Assembly: GCA_964106645.2 (NCBI GenBank)
Contig: OZ067044.1
Source: Podarcis pityusensis
Lineage: Eukaryota
Length of the DNA stretch: 64,000 nucleotides
Direction: 5' to 3' (one strand)
Position 1 is the first letter of the stretch; each line of letters opens with the position of its first letter. The notes under the pieces are model-generated. The model did not search any database, was not told where the DNA came from, and saw only the letters and a list, made by a program, of their open reading frames with translations. Below, piece after piece: positions 23,563 through 37,843 of this stretch. A program made the position numbers and the translations under genes.

Positions 23563-25519
23563 AAAATAATTGTCTGTATTTTAATATAAAAATATTAAAA
23601 ATGGTAATATATACCATGTTTCATTAGAAAGTAGCCATATCTGCTTTTACTCCCAAGCCACTACTGCAGCACATCCACGTGACTGCCTTGCTGCTGACCT
23701 CTCTTATTTTTTTATTTATTACTACTTTAAAATATTTATATGCCACTTGTCCCAGAGAATTTTATACCCACCAACATTTCTCCAATGAAAATAAGGGCAT
23801 CCTAAGGAAAAGCAGGACATTCCAGGATCAATTCCCAGATCAAATCAGAAACTGGGATGGCTGCTATAAATCCCGGACTGTCCCTACAACATAGGAACGC
23901 TTGGAGGGTCTGAAATTGTTGCCTACAGATCAATAAAGAGCTCAGGAATTTCCTTTTTCTTTTGTTACAGTACAGCAATAGGGGATTTTAAGAAAAGTAG
24001 TGTTGGGGGGAGGAAATTCCATGTTGCTTGGTTTTAGCAAATAAATCTCCAGAGTTCTTCAGAACATTGCAGGCACTGTTGGAGACAGCCTCACATTATA
24101 AGGCCTGTCAGAGAACACAAACAAGCATTGGAAAAGCATGTGTAAAGCTGCAAGGTTTTTAAAAAACGCATGCAAAAATGCACAGCAGTCAGTCACCTCT
24201 TAATTATTTTAAGGTAAGAAAGAGCAAGAGGCAAACACCTGCGCATGCACACACGTCAATGGGATTATGGAGGAAACTGAATCCCTTTTACTTCCACCAC
24301 AAACAGCCCCTGGAACTATTCTGCAATTTGGCAGGCTTGATCCGGGGGGGGGGGGTGTTCCTGCGCCTGTAAATTTCATCCACCTTGGCCAAAAAAAGGA
24401 AAGTTGTAGCCATTTTTAGATTTTCTGTTATAGTGAAGGCGGAACAGAGAGGCTTGTTTTATACAGAGCGGCTCCAACCCAAATTACAGATTGAATCAGA
24501 GAGAACAGAGCACGACTCAAAAACAGATCAGAATTTTCAACAATGCCAAGATACATACTTGGTGTATCATAGAGGCCATGCACACCCCTCTTATCTGCCA
24601 CCTCAGAGGCTCAGACATCCAGCCCAGATCTCACTGATTTAACTGGTGAGAATGGGCACAGATGTTGTCATTGGTAGAGGAATCAATTAAGGCTATAGTC
24701 CTATGCACATTTCCTGGGAGTACGCCCCATCCAACATGATAGAACTTTCTGTTATTGCTATCGAACAAACATGTTTAGGATTACACTGCATGGAATGTTA
24801 ATTTAGCCAAGAAGAACGGTTTTAATGTGAGATAGAATTTTAGGCAAGAGCTATAGGCATCCTCTTTTTATTTTATGAGGCTCTTTTAGTTTTGGTGTAA
24901 TGCTGTAATAGAAAATGAAGAAGACACAACTGTAAATGGATTTGCCTTCTAACACTCTTGTCAGTCACCCTGAGTCCCTGTCAGGGGAAAAGGGGGGATA
25001 TAACAACAACAACACCCAGTGGTAGGTGCCGTTTATTAAATTGTAAGTTGTCATATATTTGTAAGTTATTGTAAGTTACCGTATACTTTCTTCCTGATCT
25101 CAGTCAGGCATTCATATTGAGCTTTTTCTTTTAAATGTGATTGTGACTGTATTTTAATTAGGTATATTCCAAAGTGATTCCTTTTTTACTTCACATACAC
25201 CAAATATAAATTCATATATACTTTTACATTTACTTTATTATCAGTGGCAAAGAAGTTGGTTAAAGGTGGCTTAAGGAAACTGGAAGATTTTATTCAGCGA
25301 GGGTATATTCACAAAAATATATAGACAGGAGTATAAACTAGAGAAAGATTATGGGCCTCTAATAGTGCAGTCCTTTACATGGCTACCCAGAAGTAATCCC
25401 TATGTAGTTTGATTGGAGTTATTCCCAGGTAAGTGAATTTGGCGAGTAGTCTCTGGTGTTTCCTTAAATGGTCCAGTTCTGTGTGTGTTTGAAAAACTAT
25501 ATTCAAAATTATTTCTGCA

Positions 25520-26230
25520 ATCAAATGAGAAAATCCAACCTGTTGGTTCTGCTGGATCCCTTTGCAGCTTAGGCACTATTGACCATGGTATCCTTCAGGA
25601 CTGCCTGGCTGTGATAAGACTGGAAGGCATTGTTTTACAGTAGTTCTGTTTCTTCTTAGAGGGAAAGTTTCAGAACATGGTGCTGGAGGACTCCTGTTTA
25701 AGGCTTTGGCCAATGGCCTATAGTGTATCTGTCAAAATTCCACATTGTTTCTCACATTTCATGAAACTGCTGGGTCAGGTGTCCAGGAGTTTGGGGGTTC
25801 ATTATCACCAATATGCTGATGCCACCCAACTCTATTTCTTTTTTCCATTTAAATCCAAGGAAACTGCCTTCGGAATTAGTGTCTGATTTTAGTAATGGAC
25901 TGGAAGATGGTGCACAAACTGTAGATTCAGCCAGACAAGCTCCTGGCCAATAGAAAGGCAAGCTGGAGAAATGGGGTTCAACCTGCCTTGGATGTGGTTG
26001 TACTTTGCTTGAAGACTCAAGCTTTGCAGTTTGGTTACACTCTAGGATTCAGTCCTGAATCTGAATGCTCAGATTTTGGAGGTGGACCTGGTTATCTGAA
26101 ACATTCTATTCTTCCATATGAGCCTGCACAAATTTTAAGATCTTCAAGAGAGGGCTTTTTTTTCTGCCTCACCAACATCTGAAGCACATTGTGTAGAAAC
26201 CCAAAGGATGTACCCAGCGGCTACTCCCAG
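25520..26230 (+). mobile_element. Degenerate L2-type LINE fragment
   Basis: TIDHGIL...FLEGKFQ and HQYADATQLY RT motifs. Confidence 0.7.
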
Positions 26231-27434
26231 GCTACCTCTTTCAGTGACACGTTCACGATTTCCTGGAGTATACCCATCATATCTTGATGGGAAGATATAA
26301 GTGAGAAAGAGCAAAAATTGTCAAGTCACACTATTTTTGTTGCTGTTGCATGCATGTTCGTGTGCATTTTATCACTCTACCTTTGTGAGCCACCCCAAAA
26401 ACTGTGCTAATGGGTGGTCAATATAAATATACACTAAATGACTAAATTAAAACTCCAAGCAACCTTTCAGCATCCTTAGACTATAATAAATGGAACACAT
26501 CTACACAATATCGGCAAGACCATAGAACAACGGGTAATTTACTAAACTCAGCACCACAGCCATATCAGTAGAAACATGAGCAATTTTATCCTTGAGGTGC
26601 TTAGCAAAAATATCGCCAGAGGTTGCTGAGGCGTCATAAGATCTGTCTGAAAACCCACATGAAGCAGCTGTCTCACCACATAAACAGATGTGCTGGACAC
26701 AGATGTGCATGGTGATGGGAAAATAATTTCTTTGTTACTATATCTACCACAGAGTAAGGTCCAAAATGAACTCCAGAAAAATGAAGGACCTAAATGGACT
26801 TTAGGTAGTGGGATATGGCACAAACTGACCAGGGATTTGACAGAACCACTTGCCATGTCACAAGGAAAGTCAACCAAAATGAAATAGAAACCATTCAGAG
26901 CCTCCTCTTTCTGAAGGTGGATCATCTAAACTTGTCCTTCATTCCTGTGTAGGTTTGAGGAATGGTCTGAGGTTTCGTTAGGATGCACTGATAATGCTTG
27001 ATACCTGGCCACAACTAATTTGCTACACTGTTCCTTATTTTAATTCAAAAGCCAAATAACCAATATTAAACACAGTCAAGCACTGGTTGTCCAAATACTG
27101 TGAACAGAAAGAGAAGCATGTTTCAGGGGTATGCTGGCGCATATTCTTTCTTCCAACAACAGCAAAAACACTGGCTGTTTTTACATCCAAAAGATCACCT
27201 TCACAGGTATAAGTGGAATGAGGCCAATGGCATTTGCCTATAAAATAAGAATAACACTACCTTTACCCCTGCAACATTCTCATTAAAGTCTTCCTAAAAT
27301 CATAAGTGTGAATAAAGGAATGCTTTTAATTATTAAAAAATCAAATACCCAACTATGTCACACATGCCAAAACAGAATAGGTTTTTCATAGTAGTTTTTT
27401 TCATTGATAATAGTTATCAATTCTTATAACTCAC

Positions 27435-29804
27435 CTGCTCAGATGAATTTGGAACTGGTTCCTTCACAACTCCCACTTGCCCATTTTCCACACAGGCCGG
27501 AATGCTGGGGCTGAAGACCATGAGGTCACTCTTGGCACCAGCCTCCCCACCCATGCCCGCCAGAAGATGGCTGTGACGGTTTGAATATGACCAGCTGCCA
27601 ACTTCGCTGGCGCAGACTAGTGTGGCTGTCCCAGGACCATACACCACGGCCTCCTTGGCCTGGCAACGGCATCGCAGCGCCATGTATACTATGATCGCCA
27701 GCAGGAACAAACTGGACACCGAGCAGATAGCAATGATCAAGTAAACATTGGCATTTTGCATCAGTGGCTTTGGACTGCCTCCCTTCCTTGAAAGGTGAGC
27801 ATCGCCATGGACAGCCTGGGAATTCATCACCATGGACACACTCAAAGTAGCTGTGGATGACAAAGCTGGCTTGCCATGGTCCTTCACTAGAATGAGAAGC
27901 CTTTGGCTGTAGCTGCCCTCTGTGTCATCCAGGGAACGTGCGGCGCTGATCTCCCCGCTGTATAATCCCACTCGCCAAGGGCTGCTGATTGCCTCATGCA
28001 TCTCATAGCGCAGCCATGCATTGTAGCCTGAGTCAGCATCCATGGCATGGATCTTGCCCACCACCTGTCCAGCAGTCACAGGAACAGTCAAAGAGATGGG
28101 AATCACTTCTGTCCCATACACTACAGGCGTGTTATCATTCTCATCCACCACAAAGACTTGCACCGTCACATTGCCACACAGGGAGGGCAGCCCAGCATCC
28201 TTGGCTCTCACTTGGAACTCCAGCAGCTTCACCTCCTCATAGTCCAGGGGCTGAAGAGCATAGAGCTTCCCACTCTCTGAGTGCACCGAGATGTAGCTCG
28301 ACAGGGGCCAGAGCTTCTCGTCCAGCCAGTAGCTGATCAGGCTGTTCTCAGCCACATCTGGGTCTGAGGCAGACACCGTGAAGATGTGAGCACCCGGTGG
28401 GTTGTTCTCCTTCACAAAGACCGTGTAGGAGGGCTGAGCAAAAGCAGGTGCATTGTCATTCACATCACTGATGGGCACCACCAAGGTGCTGCTGGCTGAC
28501 AGTGATGGAGTCCCTTGATCCTGGGCAGTCACTACCAGCCTATACTCAGCCTCTTGTTCCCTATCCAGGGGCTGAGCTAGCAACAGTGAATGGTAATTCT
28601 TGAAGGTGGAAAGTAGCTTGAAGGGGGTTCCATGTGGCCATAAGGAAGTGCTCACTTGTCCATTGGCATCAATATCCCTGTCCGATATGCTTATCAGGGC
28701 CACCACCATCCCCAGAGGGGAGTCCTCTGGAACGGGTACCAGCAGAGACATCACTGAAATTTCAGGTGCATTATCATTTACATCTAGAACCTCAATCAAA
28801 ACTTTGCAATGCCCTGATAATGGCGGATTCCCCGTGTCTATAGCCTCAACTTGTATTTCATAAAAATTCTTGTCTTCAAAATCCAGATTTCCTTTCACGT
28901 GAATCTCACCAGTCTTTTGATCAAGTATGAACTTTTCTTTTCCATTTGCAGGAGAAAAGGTGCTTGATGTATATGTGATCTCCTTATTTGTTCCCTCATC
29001 TAAATCGGTAGCATTTAGCTTAATTACTAATAGCCCATTCTCTGAGTTTTCTAATAAATGGACTTTATAAACTGACTGGTTAAATACAGGAGGATTGTCA
29101 TTTGCGTCCAGCACTTTGATTATCAGCTGGACGGTGCCAGTGAGCTGGGGCTGGCCTCCATCAACTGCTGTGAGTAAAAGATGGTGAGCTGCACATTCTT
29201 CTCTATCAAGAGGTTTGTTTAAAACAAGAAATAAAGATGCACCACGTTCATGATTTTCTATTGTCTCTAGACTGAAATGTGGATTTGTGCTAAGTCTGTA
29301 GCTAAGGAGCGAGTTTGCACCGATGTCTGCATCAGAGGCTCCCTCTAGAGGAAAACGTGAATCACGAGAGCTAGACTCTGCAATAGTAAATTGCTTTTCT
29401 GTTACAGGGAAAATGGGGGAATTGTCATTTATGTCGGTGATCTCCACTTCCACGTGGAAAACCTTCAGGGGTTTATCTACAAGGGCCTCCAGGTGAATCA
29501 CACACACAGCGCTCCTGTCACACAACTCCTCCCTGTCTATCCGGGAATTCACAAATAAAATCCCATTCTGTACATTTACCTCAAAATACTCCTCCTGTCC
29601 TTTGGACACCATTCGGAACAGCCGAGGCACCAGCTCTTCCACCTCCAGTCCCAGATCCTGGGCGATGCGGCCCACAAAGGTGCCGTGCTGGGATTCCTCT
29701 GGCACAGAATAATGGAGCTGGCCGCTCCCCATTTCCCAGGCTGTGTGGAGAAGAACCAGCTGCAGTAGACATCTCTTTCCAGAATTTGTCTTCCATGCAA
29801 GCAT
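27435..29804 (-). CDS. PCDHA: Protocadherin alpha alternate variable exon, 790 codons
   Basis: ORF 27417-29888. ATG at 29804 (MLAWK), six EC repeats, TM, VCD, donor CAG|GTGAGT at 27435/27434. Confidence 0.96.
29338..29351 (-). promoter_or_regulatory. Exonic CTCF site (eCBS)
   Basis: CCTCTAGAGGGAGC in the PLEGA codons. Confidence 0.75.
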
Positions 29805-30020
29805 GACAAATTCAGATACAAATCCCAGCAATGTCTTGCCTTTTTTGAGGAAGTGATGAGCAGAGTCCAAGACGTTCCTCCAAACCAATGGCTAAGAGAT
29901 CAGTTGACTCTGGTATTCCAGCTAATGTTTGATGTCTCTGCTGTGTATTTGACAGGATATTCAGCACCTTTGAGGGAGGAGCTCTGAATTTTCAGTCTTC
30001 CTAAAAAACTCCTTAAACAA

Positions 30021-30053
30021 CAGTGACACCTTGTGACTGAGTTTTGAACTGGA
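30021..30053 (-). promoter_or_regulatory. Promoter CSE / pCBS with upstream module
   Basis: TCCAGTTCA-5nt-CAGTCACAAGGTGTCACTG resembles the CTCF upstream motif plus core. Confidence 0.8.
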
Positions 30054-31456
30054 GAATCAGACTGTTTATTACCTTTTATGTTTTCAAGTAAATGTTTTTA
30101 ATAATCCCGTGCCAATACACACTATTTGATACAGTTTTACTTCCAAGTAAATTCCTTAGCCTCCATTTGTCTTTCTATTCAAGTTACATTTATTTTATTA
30201 TATTCCATTAACTCAGCTCCTTTTTGGAATCTTTTCCCTTTATGTCAGTTATGCACCATCACTGTTTTCATTCTTCGTCTGCACACTCTTAGGTGCCATA
30301 TGTACTTCCAGAAGGAAAAACTTCCATCTTCACATTCGCATGCCACGATTCACATGGCATTCCCTGGTGAAACTGCTGTGAACTATCATGTCCTTTTTAC
30401 TTTCCTTTTCTGGTAGAACTTTTTTTGGGGGGGGGGTTGAAATGTTATCAGCTTCCCTTTTTCCAGCTCCATTGTTAGGGGTGTCTCTCACATGAACAAG
30501 GTCTGCCCCTACACAAAGACACTGGGCATTTGAAACTGCTTTATACTGAATCAGACCATTGGCCATCCAGTCTATCATGCTCTGATTGGCAGCACGTCTT
30601 CAGGGTCTGCAGAATAATTCATTCTCATCCACTTCTGCCTGGAATTGAGTGGAATTTTGTGCACACATCCGTACAAAGCATGAGCCTTCCAAGGATATTT
30701 GCTAGCTTCTACGTTTCTTCCTTCCTCTGCTTTGTATGCAATTTGTTGTTCATTTTGTTGTCAACAAGTGAAAATGGGTTGTGAATAAAAGCTGGTTCTT
30801 GGATGAGTGGCTGCTTCTTTCCTTCCCTGTGGTGTCCTTGCCTCTTTCTGTGTTCACCATTGCTTAGAAGGGAGTCTAATGTTTTTATTGAAATTCAAAG
30901 GATTTTCTGGGACCAAGAAATACTGTTGCAATGAATTTCAGATTATGTAACACCAAAGGGTATAACTGGGATTTGGAACAATAGATGGCTCGTGGTAAAG
31001 AGCTGCAACATGGGATTATAAAAAAAAATACCAGTAAATCAAGATGGAATAGAATACCACCTCCTTTTTAGCCAAGAGGAAGACATGCCCAGTGTCAGAC
31101 TGCTAGATTAGATCTCCTAACAGTTAATTCCTGAGAAGTTTTGAACATGGAAATTCTGATCCATTTGAGACTTCTGTTGCAAGTACTTTCGATATCTCAG
31201 TCCATGAATACAAGTTTCACATGAACATCCATTTTATATTCTCTGATCAGGACAATGGCAACAACATCTGGAACGTGTGGGACTAGAGAAAAACTTTTGA
31301 TAATCTTTAGCAGGAAGGGAGCGGGCAGTCCTTTTCTGTTAGCCCTTAGGGCTTCCTGTTTAGCACAAAGACAAAGGTTCGGGCTGCTTAGGCTGGAATG
31401 GTTCCAGACATACTATACCTTTCCATAATCTGAAAATGAGGTGGGGGAAGCTTCTA

Positions 31457-31850
31457 GATAAGAACAGATCAGACCAAAGGCCCACCTAGTTCAGCATCCA
31501 GTTCTCATGGTGACCAACCAGATACCTAAGGGAAACATATAATCAGGATATGAACGCAACAGTGGTCTTCTACTTGTGTTTCCCAGGAAATGGCATTCAA
31601 ATGGCCTTTGATACCAGAGGCAGCACATAGTCCTCTTGAGTATTAGCCCCTGATAGCCCCATCCTCCATGAATTTGCTGAATCGGCTCTTCAAGCTGTCC
31701 AAGTTGATGCCCATCAGCACATTGTGTGGTGGCGAATCCTGAATTTCCAATTATTTGGCTTCATTAGATGACTCCAGGCTCTAGTATTATGAGAAAGGGA
31801 GAAAAGGGTCTCCTTCTCCACACCAGGCATCATTTTGTACACTTTAGTCA
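31457..31850 (-). mobile_element. CR1-like LINE 3' fragment
   Basis: gatcagaccaaagg..ctagttcagcatcc..accaaccagat..ccatcctccatgaatttg is typical of a reversed squamate CR1 3' end. Confidence 0.6.
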
Positions 31851-33986
31851 TGCCTCTTCAGATAGAGGAATTCATGAGGTTTGGGGGAATTTCTCCTCCA
31901 CATACTTTGCATGTTTTAAAATACTGCAAATACCCTACACAACACTTCAAAGAATTGTGACCATGGTCTGGCATGCATATTTTAAGATGACACCAAATGC
32001 AAAATGTGAAAGATGGATTTGCAGGTCGTGTCTCATCATAGCCTGTCTCTTATTACCTATGAAATTCGAATTCTGCCTATGGCAAGAAGAGAAACTCACT
32101 TTTAGTCTCACCTCCCAGACCCTTCCCTGCATTCATAAAATGAGTTCAAGGTGTTTAAGAAGAAATTTGCTTGCCCAACCACCACCTCTGTGCTAGGGGC
32201 TGGGTTGTCTTTACAGGTGATTTTTAAAAATCCAGCCTAATTTGCAATACACAGGAGATGAAAAAGCATGCACACACACACCCCAAAAAATCTTCATTTA
32301 AATAAATAAAAAGTAGTCTATGTCATAAATTCCTCAGAAATTAATTTCTGTGCCAAATGGTGCTCAAATTTAGGGTTCCGTTTCATACATTTTCCCCTAG
32401 TTAAAACCACTTGTTCTGGATTAAACTAGAAAAAATGCTGTACTTCATAGAGTTAAGCCTAAAGAATACAAAAAGAGAGGCTGGTGATCACTTCAATAGG
32501 GGCCACATTACATGAGGCTGCTTCTGAAAGGGAAGGTGTTAAGTGGCCATTCCCAACTCTTCAGTTATAATAACACTTAGCATTTACATAGCATTTCAAA
32601 CTAAAACTGTTTTATGAATATAATCATGTTACAATTGATGGATGTAGGACTTCATCTCAAGGCCTCCAACTGGGTTCAAGGCTGACATGAGAGTCATAGT
32701 AGGCACTGTCTCATATATGATTTATTTTTTTTAAGAACACTGAGGTGCTTTGTTCATGTTTCTGCTAGCATATTAACTCGGTGGCTGTACCTTTAACTTT
32801 TATCTTCCTCTTTAGAAATCACAGAACAAATTCTGATCAATTACAGCTTATCCATTCTTTTGTTTTTATTCCCTTTTATTGACATAGACCCTTCTTGAAA
32901 ATGTCATTTCTTGTTTCAGCCCCTAAATTTTCCATGGACCATCTTCATCCATAGATATCCCAATTCCCCAATCAATTCTATACCTTTAGTCATATTTAAG
33001 CCTCCAATATGGAGTTTTCCTTGCATAAGGTTCAACAGAAATACTCGCATTCCTCTCATGTCAGCCATGTGTTGACCAGATGATCTTGGAAAACCCACTG
33101 CCACCTAGCCCAGAACACTGCACTCTGAACAAGCCAAGTGGGCCTTTTGGGTTGAACGCAATATGCAATATGCAATATAAACGGTTTTAATGCTTCTTTC
33201 AATGTGTTGCTTTTTATTGATGTATTGCAATATATTTTTGTTGTACTGTGATTTTAAATTGCTGTAAGCTACTCTGACGGGTGCATGGGCAGTAGAAGGA
33301 CAATATAGGTTATTTTATAAAGTTAAATGAATCTGTTTTATTTTATCTTCTATGCATTGAAAGTTTCATTTACTTGATTTCTCTTTATGGGCTATCTAGA
33401 GAATGACATCTAGTTTTGGGTAGTTGGTTGTTGTTGTTTTTAAATGTACAAATATTTGTTTTGATCAGTAGATTATCCATGAATGAATTCCACAAAAGGA
33501 AGCTACTCCATGACTGGGCTTTGGGAGAATGCTAGACTGCACTCTCTGAAGGAAAAGGGTGGGTGGGTGTGAACTGTCAGCCAGGACAATTAAAACTTTT
33601 AAGAGTTGGGAGATTATGCATGGAGCAACCAGTTCTCTGTGGATGCCTTGTAAAGTTAGGAATACAGCAGTAATGGCATGTGCAAGGGGTGGGTTGGCAA
33701 TGAGCTAGGAGGTTCCCTGACCTCATTGTTGTCCTACTCCATCCCAGGGCCTCTGGGAAGAGCCACTGTCACTCCACCCATCATTTACAAAGGCTGGAAT
33801 AAACACCCCAAGGCTTCCATGTCTTGCTGGAAAGCCCCTTGCTGAATCAAGGCATGGATTTCCACCTCTCCTTTTATGCATATTAAAAAATAGTGACTCT
33901 AATTCTGTGTGCTCCTTCTAGAAGGGAGATGCCACTGAAAACAGTGGAATCTGAGAAGACCTGGAAAGACTTTTACTGTAAATATC

Positions 33987-34038
<52 letters not shown>

Positions 34039-34040
34039 AA
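33987..34040. repeat. (AAAG)n microsatellite
   Basis: Direct reading. Confidence 0.95.
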
Positions 34041-35022
34041 AGCACATGGGTAAATCTAGCTGACTGCTCATTATGAGGTAATCTTGCTTCTTCTGCCTTC
34101 TGTTATTTGTTATTCTCACCCATAGAGTCTCTGGGTTGATTGGCAAGGTATTTGGTCACTAGCACACTTCTTAATTGATTTTAATTTGTTTAATATTAAA
34201 TAAGTTTAAGCACATTGGACTATTTTCTCCTCTACAACCAAATGTATCCTTATTTCTACACACAAACACCCATACACCATGTTAACATGTCTGGCTATGA
34301 GACAGATAAAAGCACTGCCCCAATATTAACTGAAAAATCAGCTTTAAACATATTCATGTCACATGAGACTAGTGAGATCACAGCATGCCAATATCTGATC
34401 TGGTTCCAGAGAGCATTCCTAGCAAAATTACATCAGGTGGTTCTCCCATAGAATACGGTACGTTAAAGCTTGGGAAGACTACATTCTTGACATGTCTGGA
34501 GGACCTACCCAAGGATTCAAACCTTCTGGTAGCACATATGTAGCATATTTTTAAAAAAGAAAAGAAAGTAATCATCAATTTTTTTGCTGCTAAATATAGT
34601 ACATGGCCATAAATTTTTCACAAGATAAAAGGATTTATTTCCATTTCTTCCTATGGCAGCAAACTGGACAAACCCACACCCTGAAGGAGTCTAATAACAT
34701 TCTTTTGATGAACCTATGGTTACACAGAATATGGGCACTCCTTATTGTGGAGAATTTATTGCATCAGGGTAAAGAAAAGAGCCCTGGTTTGTCCACCCCA
34801 CCCCCCAAAAAAATCCAACATGGAATTATTCTAGCTTATGTAGAAGCAATCTCTGCATGTATAGAATGTCATTTTAAATCTATATTGAACATATTTATTG
34901 CATCAAGACTAATCCTAAACTGGCATATAGAAATAGTCATTCAGTTCGCAAGAAACATGGTATTAGAAGAATAAAAATATATTGTGTTTTTTCAAGGATT
35001 CTAATAGTTGCACATGACTCAC

Positions 35023-37392
35023 CTCTCCAGATGCATTTGGGAGCAGTTCCTTCCCATTCCTAACCTCCCCATTATCTGCAAAAACAGGAATGTTGGGGCT
35101 GAAGACCATGAGGTCACTCTTGGCTCCAGCCTCCCCGCTCACACCTGCCAGGATGTGGCTGTGGCGATTTGAATATGACCAACTGCCCACTTCACTGGCA
35201 CATACCAGCGTGGCTGTACCAGGACCATACACCATGGCCTCCTTGGCCTGGCAACGGCATCGCAAGGCCACGTAAAAGATTACTGCTAGGAGGAACAAGC
35301 TGGACACGGAGCAGATGGCAATGATCAGGTAGACATTGACATTGTCCACCAAAGGCTTTGAGCTTTCACCTGTCCTGGAAAGGGTGTCAGTCTTAACAGC
35401 CTGGGCACTTGCCACCAGTGACAGACTCAGTGTGGCTGTGGCCGTGAGTGAAGGTGTGCCATGATCTTTCACCAACACAAGGAGAGTCTGGCTGCTTCTG
35501 CTCTCCACCTCATCCAGGGCACGTGTGGTACTGATCTCCCCACTGTACAGCCCCACACGCCAAGGGCCAGCGGTCAACTCATGCATCTCATATCGCAACC
35601 ATGCATTGTACCCTGAGTCAGCATCCAGGGCACGGATCTTGCCCACCATGTGTCCAGACAACACAGGAGCCACTAGAACAATTGGAGTCTCTTCTGATGA
35701 CCCAGCCACTGTAGGCGCATTGTCATTCTCATCCACCACAAACACCTGAACTGTAGTGTTGCCACACAAGGAGGGCAACCCGGCATCCTTGGCCCTCACT
35801 TGGAACTCCAGAAGCTTTATGTCCTCATAGTCCAAGGGTTGCAAAGCATAGACCTTCCCACTCTCCGAGTGCACTGAGATGTAGCTTGTCAGGGGCCAGA
35901 GTGTCTCATCGATCCAGTAGCTGACTAGAGCATTCTCAGCCACATCCGGGTCTGAGGCAGACACAGTGAAGATGTGGGCTCCCGGTGGATTATTCTCCTT
36001 CACAAAGACTGTGTAGGAGGGCTGCGTGAAAGCTGGAGCATTGTCATTTACATCACGGATAGGAACTAAGAGGCTGCTGCTAGCAGACAATGGTGGAACG
36101 CCTTGATCTTGAGCTGTCACTACCAAGCTGTACTCAGCCACCCGCTCCCGATCCAAAGGCTCTGCTAGAGTTAAGGAGTAGTAGTTCTTGAATGTCGATG
36201 CTAATTTGAAAGGCAGCCCAGGGGGCCACAGGGAGCAACTCACTTGCCCATTGGCTTCAGAGTCCCTGTCCGAGACGCTGATGAGGGCCACCACTGTCCC
36301 TGGAGGAGAGTCCTCTGGCACTGGCACAGCAAGAGAAGTCACAGAAACTTCTGGAACGTTGTCGTTCATGTCTAACACCTCAATGAGAACCTTACAGTGT
36401 CCAGACAAAGGCAAACTGCCTTTATCTTCTGCAACAATTTGAAGGTCATATAGATTAATGTCTTCAAAATCTACTTTCCCAATCACTCTGACCTCACCTG
36501 TGTTAGCATTTATGCTAAATATCTTTGTGAAACGGGGTGGTACATTATTACTAAAAAAATAAGTGATTTCCCCATTAATTCCTTCATCTAAATCTGTAGC
36601 ATTCAGTTTAATAACCGTTGTTCCATTAGCTGCATTTTCCATTAGTTTTACCTTGTAAGTGGACTGGTTAAATACAGGAGGGTTGTCATTTGCATCCAGG
36701 ACATTGATCACCAGTTGGACTGTGCCTGTGAGCTTTGGTTTGCCCCCATCAGTGGCTGTGAGCACCAAGTGATGCACAGGAGTCTTCTCTCTGTCAAGTG
36801 GAGTTTTTAGTATAAGTACTGGAGATTTACTCTGGTCCTCATCACCTCCCGATTCAAGAATGAAATAGTCATTAGGGCTGAGCTTGTAGGTCAGCAAAGC
36901 ATTGGCATCTGTATCTGCATCAGAGGCACCAGTTAACAGGAAACGGAAACCTGGTAAACCTGATTCTGCAATAGTCAAATTCTGTTCATTTACTGAAAAA
37001 AGAGGAGCATTGTCATTTATGTCCTTGATCTCCACTTCCACATGGAAGACCCTCAGAGGTTTATCCACAATCATCTCCAGGTGAATGGAGCACACAGGGT
37101 TCTTGTTGCAAAGCTCCTCCCTGTCTATCCGGGAATTTACAAACAAGATTCCATTTTGCACATTTACCTCAAAATAGTCTTCATGTCCTCTAGACACCAT
37201 CTGGAACATCCGAGGCACCAGCTCACTTACATCCAGCCCAAGATCCTGAGTGATGCGACCCACAAAGGTGCCATGCTGAGATTCCTCCGGCACAGAATAA
37301 TGGAGCTGGCCGCTCCCCATCTCCCAGGCGGTGTGGAGAAGAACCAGCTGCAGCAGCTGCTTTACCACAGAAGGATTCTGCCAAGGAACCAT
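35023..37392 (-). CDS. PCDHA: Protocadherin alpha alternate variable exon, 790 codons (alternative in-frame ATG at 37425)
   Basis: ORF 34963-37443. Six EC repeats, TM, VCD, donor GAG|GTGAGT at 35023/35022. Confidence 0.96.
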
Positions 37393-37631
37393 TGCAAATA
37401 CAGATACAAATCCCACCAGTGGCATCTCCCCTTTAAAAATCACCTTTCTTGAAGAAGTGAAGAGCAGGGTCCAAAGAGCTCATCAGGGTTGGTGTAATTA
37501 CTTGAATAGATTCCAGTAGTCTTGCATCTGGTGTGTGATATCCCTATTGTGAATCTCACAGGCAGGATTTTCAGGCTCTCTAAGGGAGGAGCTATGAATT
37601 CTCTCTGTTCTTAAAACATTTCCTTAGGCAA

Positions 37632-37664
37632 CAGTGACCCCTTGTGACTGAATTTTGAAATGGA
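37632..37664 (-). promoter_or_regulatory. Promoter CSE / pCBS
   Basis: TCCATTTCA-5nt-CAGTCACAAGGGGTCACTG. Confidence 0.8.
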
Positions 37665-37843
37665 GAAGCAAATTATTACATTCTGTATTTTAATCAGATG
37701 TTGCCCCCATTTGATTAATAAACCTTTTACTTTTGCATGAAGTGCTTAACTTTCTCTTACAATTGCATTTATTTTCCTTTGCTTCTCTGAATACCCTGCA
37801 TAAATTCATCGTAGCTTCTTCTAAAGTTAATCATTTTAAAATA

